Of a stretch of DNA of 64,000 bases, positions 30,113 to 42,696 are shown in pieces. The translations under genes and the position numbers were made by a program. Origin of the DNA: Eledone cirrhosa (lineage: Eukaryota); NCBI GenBank assembly GCA_964016885.1, contig OZ024740.1, positions 351,850,001 to 351,914,000 on the forward strand, written 5' to 3'. Below the pieces are notes generated by a model. That model had not been told where the DNA came from. It ran no database searches and saw only the letters and a program-made list of their open reading frames with translations. Position 1 is the stretch's first letter, and each line of letters starts with the position of its first letter.

Positions 30113-31149
30113 AAGGAATGTAACTGTTATTCAAATGGCCATTCTTGTCAGGCACTCTAACACGCTGATTCTGCTTAAGGATTACATTAAGGCTACACGT
30201 GTCTGTGGGATACTCATCCACTTATACTGCAATACAATAAGAATGCAGTTCAGTTGGTTGAGTAATTGCAACACTCATTGTTAAAACTGACAGAGGAACC
30301 ACTCAAAAGGTAGTTCTGTCCAATCCAAAGTAACATTGGAAAAAAAACCACACATAAAACGATGATGATAATGGTGGTGGCGATGATGAGGGTTGTGGGG
30401 GAGTGAGATGGTGATGAGGATGATTTCATTATTGGTTTTATAAAAATATTTTAATTTAATCAACACTAAAAAAAACATTATGGGTAGGTCTGAAGCAAAT
30501 TTATTGCTGTTAACAACCCATCACTTGATTGTGTTCTGGAATATTGCTTCAATAAAATTAATCAAAGGAATTTCTACTGCATTATTATTTGAAAAAATAA
30601 AAAATAATTCTGAGATGCATTTTTAAACTTAGTTAATTAACTAACCAATTTTAAACTGATACAAAAACACTAATTCACTCACCCAGAGAAGAAAAAATCT
30701 TTAAACGTACAAATATACACAAAAGAAAATTCTAGATTGTTTAATATATTCATAAATTTTGATATGGCTTAAGAAAATTTTTTTGGTGAACAGACAATTT
30801 TTCTTTTACAGTCTGTAAGTTAAGCCAAGGGATTAGAATGGTGTTTGATTAAATATTTTATTTCAGTAAAAAAAGACAATGAGACAATAATCAATATAAA
30901 CTGTCTTAAACTAGTATTTGTCAGATTTCTTACAGAAAAAACAAAACATTAAACTAATGTATCAGGACAATGTATATCTGTATTATATCATGGTTGTCAG
31001 TTGTAGAGATTAAAAATAATACAATGATTCTGTTTTCACTTAGTATTATTAAACCACTTTAGCAGAGTATTGAACAAAAAATATAACTATGCTTGTGTAA
31101 TGTGTGCATGCATGCATGGCTGTGTGGTTAAGATGTTCACTTCACAACA

Positions 31150-31410
31150 ACAAGGTTTCGGGTTATATCTTTACAGAGTGGATTGGGTGCCACCTGTCAT
31201 GTCCACTACATGACCACCTACAGGGTGGACTGTGTGCTTATTTGTCATGTCACCAGCACGACCACCTTACAGGGAGGTCATGTTAACTTATAAGGAAAAC
31301 TAGGTGCTCTTTTGTCATGACACCAGTATGAACAGCTTACATGGTAGACTAGGGGCTTTTGATATGTCACCAGCATGACCACCTTACAGGGTCAACTGAG
31401 AGCTTTTAGC
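31150..31410 (-). repeat. Tandem ~55-bp modules of the RTE-linked repeat
   Basis: Repeated CACCAGCACGACCACCTTACAGGG, the reverse complement of the module at 24005-24180. Confidence 0.7.
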
Positions 31411-32004
31411 CATTTCAGCAGCCTTGTTCAGCTTTCTATACTTGTATACATGGGTTGGCAAGTGAGGTGCATCAGATGTAGAAATTGGGGGTGGGGTGCA
31501 TGTATGTAGGTTGAGGACTGGAGAGGTAGGTCTAGGGTGTGGTACTTAGCTGATGAGGTGAGGAGGGGGGGGGGGGATTAAAACGTGGGAGGAGTATGGA
31601 AGAGATGGGAAAAAAAGAGGTTCGTACTAGAGACCACTAGATGTTGCTTTATCCTGTGCACATGAGAAGGCAGTCTTCTTCAGTACTACATAACACCAGA
31701 GATCATGATCCTATGTCATCACCTTTGAGAGGTGCAATTGTATGAGGTCAGTTTTTATCATCTCATCCCAAACTTTCCTATGTCTTCCTCTTCCATAGCT
31801 ACCATCAACTTTGAGCTCCCTGCACCATTTTATTCAGCTGTCACCCTTCATATGCATCACATACATAAGAATAATACATGCACACACATGCATGCATGCA
31901 TGTCAATGTGTATCTGTGTGTACTTTGATTAAAATACACCTTACATGTATACACACATGACTTTTACTCACAATCACACCCAACACACACACACACGGTG
32001 GAAT

Positions 32005-32285
32005 TTAAAATAATGAAAATTATTGAGTACAGTGCTAAGGAGCACTATAACTCATCAAAGGTGCATGTATAGTACATAGACTAATGTACAAATGTCAGGA
32101 AAGTGAACAGTGTATGAGTCGTGATACACACGCACATGCATGCGTGTGTATGGAGGGGGAATATCAGGTGTAGTGTTGCCAAATTTCAGGAAGCATGGAA
32201 GTTTTGAAGGATGCAGTGTCCTGACAGCTATTGACTGATGCAGGTAGCTTGTTCCATGCTTCAGCAACTCTGAGCATGAAAAAAG
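32005..32285 (-). mobile_element. CR1-type LINE 3' fragment
   Basis: FFMLRVAEAWNKLPASV...PEIWQHYT plus 3' UTR. Confidence 0.9.
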
Positions 32286-32316
32286 CAACTTTGATGGCCT
32301 GTATATATCTGTTTAT

Positions 32317-32580
32317 AGGTGGTGAATTGGCAGAGTCATGAGAACGTAGGATAGAATGCTTTATGGTATTTGTTCTGGCTCTCATTTCCTGCCAAGGTCA
32401 ACTTTGCCTTTCATCCTTTTGAGGTTGATAATTAAAAGTACCAGTACAGTACTGGGTGGATTCTTCCTCTATATCTCTTATTTCCTATCTCTCACTTTCT
32501 ATCTTTCTCTGGAAAAAATCTGCTGTACTCAGGCCTAGAGAGGGATGGGTTGTGCCAGGCTTAAAATGCCCAAGAAACAC
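32317..32580 (+). mobile_element. Meta-like SINE
   Basis: GGTGGTGAATTGGCAG head; CTTTGCCTTTCATCCTTTTGAGGTTGATAATTAAAAGTACCAG centre. Confidence 0.8.
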
Positions 32581-32594
32581 TTTATTGACATACA

Positions 32595-34256
32595 GTGCCC
32601 CTACAACTCTATCGGGAGTTTACGGGATCATATATACATACGTTTGCATGCAAATATGTTCATGTAAGTATTTTTACTGTTGAAAACCAGAATGTACCAT
32701 CTCCACCATCTCTAACATCAAATTCCATAACAACTATGGAATTTACACCTGCAATGTTGCGACGTCACCTTAAGAATAAGCGCAACTATGCCTCCCCTGG
32801 TCTTGATGGTGCGACATACCTGCTTCTCAAACGTGGTGGGTATTTCCTTTTGCGCCAGCTTTCTTTGTTCTTTCAATACTGTCTCAACAATGGTGCTACT
32901 CCGGAGCAGTGGAAAACTGCCAGTGTCATTCCCCTGTTCAAAAAGGGCAACCGCATATCACCTGTCAACTATCGTCCAGTCAGTCTTACTAGCTGTATTG
33001 CCAAACTGATGGAATCCTGTGTCATAGAAACACTTTGGAACTTCTGGAGCTCTCACAGCCTCATCCGGCCCTCACAGTTTGGATTTATCCCTAACTCCAG
33101 CTGCTGTGATCAGCTTATCGAGTTCCTTGAGGACATCACCCGGATCACTGACAGCGGCTCATGGGTGGATGTTGTTTACCTTGACTTTGCTAAGGCTTTT
33201 AATTCTGTGCCACACAAAAGACTTATGGCAAAACTCTCTGCAATGGGTGTCAGGGATGATCTTTTCGACTGGTTGAAATCCTTCATTCTCAGCCGAAAAG
33301 AAGTAGTCACGGTTCTAGGACAGCATTCTTCACCATATGAGATGTCATCTGGTGTACCACAGGGATCTGTTCTTGGTCCTCTTTTGTTTGTGGCATATAT
33401 TAATGACATAGATGCCAACTTACAGAATGCCACGGTACTGAAATATGCAGATGACATCAAGCTGTACCTTGAAATCAAAAGGACTGATCCTGAAATTTAC
33501 AACTCTTTCCTACAATCAGACCTGGACACAATGCAGCAATGGATCACAGACTGGCAACTGAAGCTGGCTGTGGACAAGTGTACCACCATGCATTTTGGAA
33601 GGAAAAATCCAGCGTCCACATACTCCCTCCACAACACTGATATCAAAAAGTTCTCTTGTGAACGTGACCTGGGCATTACTGTCAGCAACGATTTGCGTTG
33701 GACAAAGCATGTCTCTAAGATTGTCAAGAAGGCCGAGGGTGTCTTGGCATCACTCAGCAAGACCTTTGTTAGCCGCTCTCCAGCCATCTATTTAAAACTG
33801 TATACAGCTATGGTACAACCACACTTGGAATTCGCATCATCAGTCTGGAACCCCTATCTTGCTCAGAACATTGACCTCCTGGAAACTGTTCAGAGACGTG
33901 CAACCAAGCGCATACCCTCCATCAGACACCTACCATACTCTGAACGCCTTGCTTCCCTGAGCATGGATTCATTGAAGCTCCGATGTCTGGCAATGGACTT
34001 GATGAATACCCACAAAGTTTTTAACCATCTCGCCAATTGCAACCCTGAGCGCCTCTTTGATCTCCATGTGTCTAACACACGTGAACATGCCTACAATATC
34101 AGAAAACAGCACAGCTCCCATGACTTTCGTAGACATTTTTTCACGCTCAGAGTTGCTGAAGCATGGAACAAACTGCCTGCGTCAGTTGTTAGCTGCCGAG
34201 ACACTGCATCCTTTAAGACACTCATGCTTCCCGAAATACGCCAAAACTACACCTGA
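32595..34256 (+). CDS. CR1-type LINE ORF2 reverse transcriptase (N-terminally truncated; first ~25 codons are probably flanking DNA)
   Basis: Motifs SPGLDG, NYRPVSLTS, QFGF, LDFAKAF, SGVPQGSVLGPLLF, YADD, ERDLGI, LETVQRRATKRI, FFTLRVAEAWNKLP. Confidence 0.93.
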   Translation: MPLQLYREFTGSYIHTFACKYVHVSIFTVENQNVPSPPSLTSNSITTMEFTPAMLRRHLKNKRNYASPGLDGATYLLLKRGGYFLLRQLSLFFQYCLNNGATPEQWKTASVIPLFKKGNRISPVNYRPVSLTSCIAKLMESCVIETLWNFWSSHSLIRPSQFGFIPNSSCCDQLIEFLEDITRITDSGSWVDVVYLDFAKAFNSVPHKRLMAKLSAMGVRDDLFDWLKSFILSRKEVVTVLGQHSSPYEMSSGVPQGSVLGPLLFVAYINDIDANLQNATVLKYADDIKLYLEIKRTDPEIYNSFLQSDLDTMQQWITDWQLKLAVDKCTTMHFGRKNPASTYSLHNTDIKKFSCERDLGITVSNDLRWTKHVSKIVKKAEGVLASLSKTFVSRSPAIYLKLYTAMVQPHLEFASSVWNPYLAQNIDLLETVQRRATKRIPSIRHLPYSERLASLSMDSLKLRCLAMDLMNTHKVFNHLANCNPERLFDLHVSNTREHAYNIRKQHSSHDFRRHFFTLRVAEAWNKLPASVVSCRDTASFKTLMLPEIRQNYT

Positions 34257-34417
34257 TGTACCCCTTCCATACACATGCACACATGTGTGTATCATGACTC
34301 GTGCACTGTTCATTTTACTGATGTTTGTGCATTGCCCTATGTACTGTACATGCACTTTTTTTGATGAGTTGTGGTGCACCTGGGCACTGTACACAATATT
34401 TCATTATTATTATTATT
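32660..34417 (+). mobile_element. CR1-type LINE, 5'-truncated, young
   Basis: Uninterrupted RT frame, 3' UTR and (ATT)n tail; no endonuclease domain or ORF1 upstream. Confidence 0.95.
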
Positions 34418-34598
34418 GGCAGTATCGGTAGAGGGTTGGACGCCATGCTTTCTAGCATAGTTACGTCCCTTTACGGTCTGAGTTCAAATCCCGCCAAGGT
34501 TAACTTTGCCTTTCATCCTTACGGGGTCGATAAAATAAAGTACCAGTAATGTACTGGTTAATTGATGGCCTTGTGCCTAAAGTAGAAACAATTATTAT
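34418..34598 (+). mobile_element. Young Meta-like SINE in the (ATT)n tail of the CR1 LINE
   Basis: Near-identical inverse of 57180-57350; B box GAGTTCAAATCC. Confidence 0.9.
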
Positions 34599-34706
34599 AT
34601 CATGACTCATACACTGTTCATTTTCCTGACATTTGTACATTATTCTATGTACTATACATGCACCTTTGATGAGTTGTAGTGCACCTGAGCACTGTACACA
34701 ATAATT

Positions 34707-34738
<32 letters not shown>
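34599..34738 (+). mobile_element. Second CR1 3' UTR fragment with (ATT)n tail
   Basis: Diverged repeat of 34290-34415. Confidence 0.88.
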
Positions 34739-34928
34739 TCTGTTAATTTGATAGATAAAGCATGTAATGGTTTGCTCTTGTTTTTACCTTAAAGCACATT
34801 TCTCACTTCCATAACTTTCCAATACTTTTCATGTTCTTTTCTTGCTATTCTCATCAAAACTTTATAACTTCAGTTCACTCCAATCACATATTTTTTTTTA
34901 TTTTTCAAAATTATTATTTATTCAACAA

Positions 34929-34959
<31 letters not shown>

Positions 34960-35164
34960 AGATTCATACAATTAAATATTTATTCACAAATCTCTTCCTT
35001 TTTATAAACCTCTACATACAAAATTTACACCTATATATACAGTGAAAAAGAAAGATGGATAGTTAAATAGTTATATATGTAGATATGTTATTTGATAATT
35101 TTAGGTATAAATTACAATATCTACATGCATAATAATGAAATAATAATATATGATATATAATGAT

Positions 35165-35375
35165 AATGGCTTCTGATTTAGGCACAAAGCCAACAATTTT
35201 GAGGGGAAAAGTTGATTAAATCGTCCCCAGTGCATTACTGGTACTTTATTTTATAGACCCCGAAAGAATGAAAGACAAAGCTAAGCTTGACTAGATTTGA
35301 ACTCAGAATGTAAAGGGCCATAACTATGCTGCAAAGTATGTTGTCTGTCACTCTACCGATACTTCGAATCTACAT
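35165..35375 (-). mobile_element. Meta-like SINE
   Basis: GGCACAAAGCC...CAGTGCATTACTGGTACTTTATTTT...GATTTGAACTCAG. Confidence 0.82.
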
Positions 35376-36632
35376 ATAATAATAATTATTTCTTTTTATT
35401 TGCCACAAATAGTAATAATAATATACTAAGCTATATACAATTATATATAGCATAGTATATCATCATCATTGTTTAACATCTGCTTTCCATGGAAGCAATT
35501 CAGTACTGAAGCATGGCTACTGGCCTCCCAGATAGACCAAGTAGTCTGCCTCTTGCTTCCATATGGCCATATATTCTATCGAGTGAAGAGGAGAAGTTGT
35601 TATGTCTTTTGACACAAACTGAAAGATCCTTTCAAAACTTTGTTTAGCAAGTCTACAATGACTGGATACCCTACATAACACCAAACACTTTACAGCATGT
35701 ACTGGGTGTGTTTCTTGTGTAGATCAACATTATAGAGGTTGTTGTGATTTTTTCACAACTAAAAAGTCCTCTCAAACTTTTCAGGCATAGTTTCTACAGA
35801 GTGATGTCCTTTCTATCACCAACCACCCTTATGGAGTGTTCCAGGTGCGTTTTCATGGCACTATCACTACAGAGGTTGTTGGTCCTTGACCCAACAGTAA
35901 AGCCCTCTCTGCTCTGGGGAGGGAGGCAATAGGGGAGAGAGATAGGTCTGAAGTTATAGGTGTATGTGGTTATTTAGCAGGGCAATGGTTAAGGGGTCAG
36001 TGTGATTAATTAGTGTATAGGGAGAGGGAAGATGTAGTGGTGTGTATATGCATGATAAAATATTCTATGGCATGAAATTGATTTTTTTTTAATTTAAAAA
36101 CAAAAGAAAAATCTTTAAAAGACAAAGGTATGGAGTTGTATAATTAACACTGAAGTACTGCAATTAGTCAGACAATCAAAAAAATAATGACTGTGGTTCT
36201 TCCGAAAATATTCCAATTATAAAAGTAAAAGTAAAGAAAGGAGAAAGAGGAGAAAGATAAAATAGAGAAAATGAGAAATTATTTATTGATTACAAACAAC
36301 AGACACAAAAATATAAGTATTGTTGTTCTTAATTACTTACTACTCTAGTTAAAGGAACGAGCATGTTTTAAACAATGGTCTGTGATAGCTACTTGTAACT
36401 CATTTTAGAAAATAGCTCCTAAAATGATTTATAATTCTCATTGGATGAAAGTATAAATTCTACCTATCTCTAGGTTGTGCATAGCCATAACATTATTTTA
36501 ATTATTTATTTCTAAATTTAAATACCATATTCTCCTATAGACAGTTTCTTTTTTTTTTCCTTTATTTTTTAATTTTCTTTAAATCAACTTGAAAAATCCA
36601 AAAATGACTTATGTCTGATTTTTCAAGACAAT

Positions 36633-36773
<141 letters not shown>

Positions 36774-38261
36774 TATCAAAAAGGAAATAAGTTTTATTAA
36801 TGGATTCTTTCGATTTCTGATGATTCAAGCCTGCAACGCAACTCATTAGTATTTGTAGAAGAACAAAAAACTAATAAAATATACACATAAAAAATACAAT
36901 AAAACAATACAGTGAAAAGACAGATAGTCTGCTAGCTTTGAAATTCTACGAATATTCTTTAAAAAATTAGAAAGAAGTAATAAAAATACAACCATTGTGT
37001 GTTTATCTGGGTATTATTCTATAATAAATCATGATTCTTCTACCCATCTTGAAAGAATGGTGAGTATTAAAAACTGATTTTTTAACATTTATTTTTAGCC
37101 ACCATATAAAATAGCAAGGAAGTAATTTGGAAATATAAAATACTGTTAACTGGTTCTAATATTACACTTCGAACTCCCTAAATCTTGTTTGTTGACATTT
37201 GTAAAAATAATCATGGATATTTGAAATCCTGTGAAAACATTTTAAATACATATTCACACACACACAAATCCAATTGCAAGCTAAGGTCACAAACTATTTT
37301 TAGCTGCAATCTTAATGTTGGAAATAGAAAGAGACTTGACGGTGCTCAGTCTGTGCCTTTCCTAGAAAGATCCACATTGTGAAGTGGTTGGTATTAGGAA
37401 AGTCAGCACCCAGCAATAGAAACCATACCAAAATGGAACATATGAGCAAAACAGTTGTTTGATCTACCTGTCTAACCTCAAAATGTGACAACCCATTTAA
37501 GCATGGAAAAGAGATTATGATGATGATTGTAGTGATGGTGGGGTTGATGATGATGATTGTGGGGATGGTGGTGGTGGTGATGATGGATATCTGAATCTGC
37601 ACTTTCTTCAAAAATCTCAAGCAGAGAATTTTCATAGCAGCAAATGAGATAATCCTCCTTTATTGTAAAACTTGAAATCTCTCTAAGTCCATGATTAAAT
37701 CCTGCAATGACTGTTACATTCCTTGGATGCTCCAGCTGGCCTTCAATACTAGCTCAATGTAGAAAGTTACCAATGAGCAATGCTATGGAGCTGACCAAGA
37801 AGCTAGCAAGAAGACTGTTGCACTTTGACACCTAGAGTTGCCTCCTAAAGAAGTTGTGATTGGAGAAATGACCCACTAGAGGATGAACTGTTAATGACCT
37901 TCCAAAGCCATGGTCAAGATCCTGATAAAATATGATGGTGTGTTGTGACTATTGATAAACTTGGGAGAGTTATGATGGAATAGAGTATATGGATGAGCTG
38001 TCATTGTATTTATTGTAAGTCCAAGCTGTTGTCAATAGACAATGATGATGATAATAAATTGACAGATTGCAAACTGTCTCTGTTAATATTGATTCTTTTT
38101 CCTTACTGCATATTCATTCTCAGTAATATTGTAATGCTCCCTGCACTAAATATGTTATCTATCTATCTATTGCTCTTGCTCAAAGGAGCTGGGGTCATCC
38201 TGGTCAGCGGTTCCAGAAGAATCATGAAGCATAGAGCCAACATTAATTCTCCTCCTTTCTC

Positions 38262-38385
38262 TGGCCTTGCCATGATGAGGGAGCTTGCGTGTTCCATAGA
38301 TCCAAAAAGGTGTTACCCTCTGGAGCTTTACACCTGGTAGGGCCACCCTTGACAGGCCAATCTCCCAGGGAGGTTCCAGACTAAT
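38262..38385 (+). mobile_element. Conserved RTE-clade 5' UTR-like block
   Basis: GCCTTGCCATGATGAGGGAGCTTGCGTGTTCC...CCTGGTAGGGCCACCC...CCAGACTAA resembles the recalled 5' UTR of BovB/Expander-type RTE elements. Confidence 0.65.
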
Positions 38386-39647
38386 GGTGACCTGTGGTGT
38401 GTCAACTCGACACCAAGATGGCAGCACCATCATCTGACTATTCTGCAGAGGGCCAACAACCAACCCAGGAGAATCCTCAACCTGTTACGACACCAATTAA
38501 TACGTTAACCCTAATTTAATTATTGATTTTTTCATGTAGAGCAACTTTGAATTATTTAATCTCTAAATAATTCTATTGTCCTTTACCAACCAGTCTAGTT
38601 TTCTACATTTACTCAATAATTCTTACATCACTACTTTGGCAAGTATGGTGGAGACTATCCTTCCCTGATGAAGTAAGAATAAGATTGAAACATGCTTGGA
38701 GTTGTTTCTCATGTATGCTTTCAAGCATTAAAATATTAGCTATTGAAGTATATTGTTTTTTCTTCAATGCATATTCATTTCTAGTTAAATTTTTAATATT
38801 ATATTCATCATTATTTAATGCCAGTTTCTGCTGCTAGCAAGGATTAGAGACAAGCATTCATTAAGCTGGGAAAGGCTTTTGAGAGGGTACCAAGTTTTAT
38901 AACCTGGCAGTTGCTAGGAAAATTATGTGTGGGTCACAAACAAAAGTCCCATAGCTCAACAGTTAGACATGTGAAGGGCAGCCAGTTATAGAATATTGCC
39001 ATAAAAAGTCTCCTCCAATTCATGCTACCATGGAATAACAACAATGCACATAAAAACTATGATGATCGGGTGCTTGCGTTCATCTAAATTTGTACTTAGG
39101 TTTTATATGATTTTACCCAGAACATCATTTCAATGGTGTGTGTGTATTTTTTTGTTTTTTGTGCATGTATGTGTATGAGCATAAAAACTGTAAGTAATTG
39201 ACTAGATGTATCAATAAACAGAAGCACATAGCAACATAGCAAAACTAACTATTAAGAGAGAGAGAGAGGGGAGGAGGAGAAAGAGAGAGGGAGAGAGACA
39301 GACAGACAGAGAGAGAGAGAGACACACATCAGCATCATTGGTCATAGTTCACACATGATGTTAAAATAACCAACTAAGTTTCCGAACTCTCCAAAAAATA
39401 ATAGACAAAGAGGCACACACATGCACAGAGAGAGAGACAGTACTGCAGAATTTGATGATGTCATTAGAATATCCATCCAGCACAAACATCAGCTGACTCT
39501 TTGGCTACAAGATGATGGGTTTTAGACATTATTTGGAATTAGGTTAAAGAACTCTGAACATTTCTATATCCTATTGATTTCTTCACCATTAACAAACATA
39601 TATGAAATAATTGTAAGTGGATGTGCGTGCATGTGTATATGTGTGCG

Positions 39648-39687
<40 letters not shown>

Positions 39688-39836
39688 TGTACATCTAGAA
39701 TCATACATGTAGATCACACATGTATCATAATAATCATTATAATCATTTATTTTTCATGATAGCCTGAGAGGGAATGAGGTGGGCTTGTTTGGTCTTCCAT
39801 ACATCTCATCAAACATTTCAATAATGCATTCTGATT

Positions 39837-39872
<36 letters not shown>

Positions 39873-40275
39873 TTGTGTGTGTAATATGGCCGTTATTGCT
39901 CCAATCAGTCTACTAACCCTCAACAAATAGCCTAAACCTAATGTAAACTTGTACCCATGACTCCTGCTAAACAAACCATACCGAACCTCCAAATTCATCA
40001 AAGCATACCCAGACCACCCATTCTCCAAAACTTGGCTTATGCAACCAATCCTAATAGTTGGGAAGACAGACGTTATCAAGCTGCAGCTGTTAAATTATGT
40101 AGTTTCTATATGATAAAGCCAAAGCTATTATTATCTATATATATATATATATTGTTATACTTTGGTGGGGTCATGCTACCAATAAAAATACAGGTACCTG
40201 TTGAATTTCGCTTTAATTTATTATAAACTCCCAGTCAGTTAGTTTAATACCTGGATGGTTGTTTAGTTATGAATT

Positions 40276-40318
40276 GTCAAAGTTCTTTCATCACACATTC
40301 TGTGACCTCCTCAGTGAC
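40276..40318 (-). ncRNA. Minimal type I hammerhead ribozyme
   Basis: Minus strand GTCA-CTGAGGA-G-GTCACA(GAATG)TGTGAT-GAAA-G(AA)C-TT-TGAC: stem I GTCA/TGAC, 6-bp stem II, CUU cleavage triplet. Confidence 0.75.
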
Positions 40319-40381
40319 TACTTTTGTTATTATTTTGTCTCTATCTTTTGCTCTGCCCTACACCATCTTGTATGTATATAT

Positions 40382-41426
40382 ATTAATAAGGTAATGAATT
40401 CTTTTACAATGGAATTAGCTCGAAGGAGGAAAATACCCCCTGAGCCGTGTATAAACTAATATGTATGTGATGAAACACAGATACCAACACATCTGTATAT
40501 ATATTGCAAAAGAAAAATTTAGCCAGATTGAAGTATACTAATTATTATACTACAGTTTGTCCATATCGATTTAAAATAATAAATCAACGAAGACGAACTG
40601 CATTGCCAAGAGGCTATGATGTTTAGACACATTTAAATTTCAAAATCAAACCTTTTCCGTAGATAAGTTTAAACTTTAAAATCCAAATATGTTTCGAGTT
40701 AAATAAGTGTAGGAATACCATGTCCTGCTCTCCTCAGTAAACATCCAGGGACAAATTGATATGCTTCACTTCTAAATAATTTAAAAGACTGCGTGACGCA
40801 CATGGTTTTACAGTATCTAACTAGTCTCATAACCGTACTGCTAGAAATAACAGTCATATATATGAGGCGGCTTGCAGCTCAAACTAGGAGCAGTTAAATT
40901 AATAAGGTAATGAATTCTTTTACAATGGAATTAGCTCGAAGGAGGAAAATACCCCCTGAGCCGTGTATAAACTAATATGTATGTGATGAAACACAGATAC
41001 CAACACATCTGTATATATATTGCAAAAGAAAAATTTAGCCAGATTGAAGTATACTAATTATTATACTACAGTTTGTCCATATCGATTTAAAATAATAAAT
41101 CAACGAAGACCAACTGTATTGCCAAGAGTCTATGTTTACTGAGGAGAGCAGGACATGATATTCCTACACTTATTTAACTCGAAACATATTTGGATTTTAA
41201 AGTTTAAACTTATCTACGGAACAGGTTTGATTTTGAAATTTAAATGTGTCTAAACATCATAGCCTCTTGGCAATACAGTTCGTCTTCGTTGATTTATTAT
41301 TTTAAATCGATATGGACAAACTGTAGTATAATAATTAGTATACCTCAATCTGGCTAAATTTTTCTTTTGCAATATATATACAGATGTGTTGGTATCTGTG
41401 TTTCATCACATACATATTAGTTTATA
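40382..41426 (-). mobile_element. Penelope-like/retrozyme-like unit: partial tandem of a 516-bp unit plus inverted segment
   Basis: 40382-40618 is repeated at 40898-41134; 41132-41426 is the reverse complement of 40450-40744; hammerhead-like core at 40681-40744 (-) and 41134-41195 (+). Confidence 0.75.
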
Positions 41427-42696
41427 TATATATATATATATATACTTAATATATTTTGTGTTAGTTAATCAACTGACACAGGGTGTTCAAGAAGGCTAAG
41501 GGGATGTGAGGCTGGCTTTGTCTTCAACCAATGGCTAGGTGTTGTTTACACCCTTTGTGATGATGCTGTGAGGTTGTTTGTACTAATTCATATGTCAGTA
41601 AGGCTTTGAAAAAGACTACACCAATAACACTTCTGTGCCATATCCCTGAATGGAAACTGCATGAGTAATTTTCATTTTTCTTTATGTAATTTTTATTCAT
41701 GTAACTTTCTGTTTGTTTAATATCTGTTTGATGAGGTAACTGTTACATAATAGTTACCATCAAAATACGTATAACACCAATTGTATAAGAAATAAATGAT
41801 ATAAATTCTAACCTACTGTCTTCTACTTCATTGTTATATATATACACACACACATATATATATACACACACACATATATATATACACACACATATATATA
41901 CATACACATACATATACATATATATGCACAGGCATACACATATATCAATATATGTATATATATCTGTGTACTACTTATCTTATTTGTCTCTATACACACA
42001 TCTTAGTCTAGCTCTTTTCATTCACTCTCTTTTCTTCTCTGTACCATATTTATTCTCCTAAATGTCTACTTGTAAATGTAAACTCATAGATCATCTTTTT
42101 CTAAACCAATAAAACCCAAACTGGATTATTCTTTCTTCAATAAGCTGGAACACAATTATCAAATCTTTGCAACCCTTGCCACAACCAATCACCATCTTCT
42201 CAGCAATCTTTGCAACTACCAATACATAAGCCAATAAAGAACTACTAGATAGTTGCTTGACCTGCTTGTCAAATATTGTTCAAATCATACCCTACTGTCT
42301 TAAACAAGGAAAGGTTACATTGGATAATGTAGTAGACATACACTATCTGATAAAACAAGAAATAGTTTAAACTAGAATGCTTTTGATCATAGGTTTGCTA
42401 GATCAGATCTGGCCTTGAGCTAAAGGACAACAAAATCACTATTGCCAGCAACAATAATAACAATACTGTACCACAGAGAAATACTAACCAAAAATCACAT
42501 AAATCACACTCTGTACTTTTTAAACAAGAAAGGAAACATAGGATAATATATGTGAGGGAGACAAATAAAAGAATAATCAAGACTGGAATATTTTTTGTTT
42601 ATAAGTTCCTTGATCAGAGCTGATTTGAGATTAAATAACAACTAGCTATATACTATAGCTTCATCCAAAGTATATGAGTACCACCACTGCCACTGT

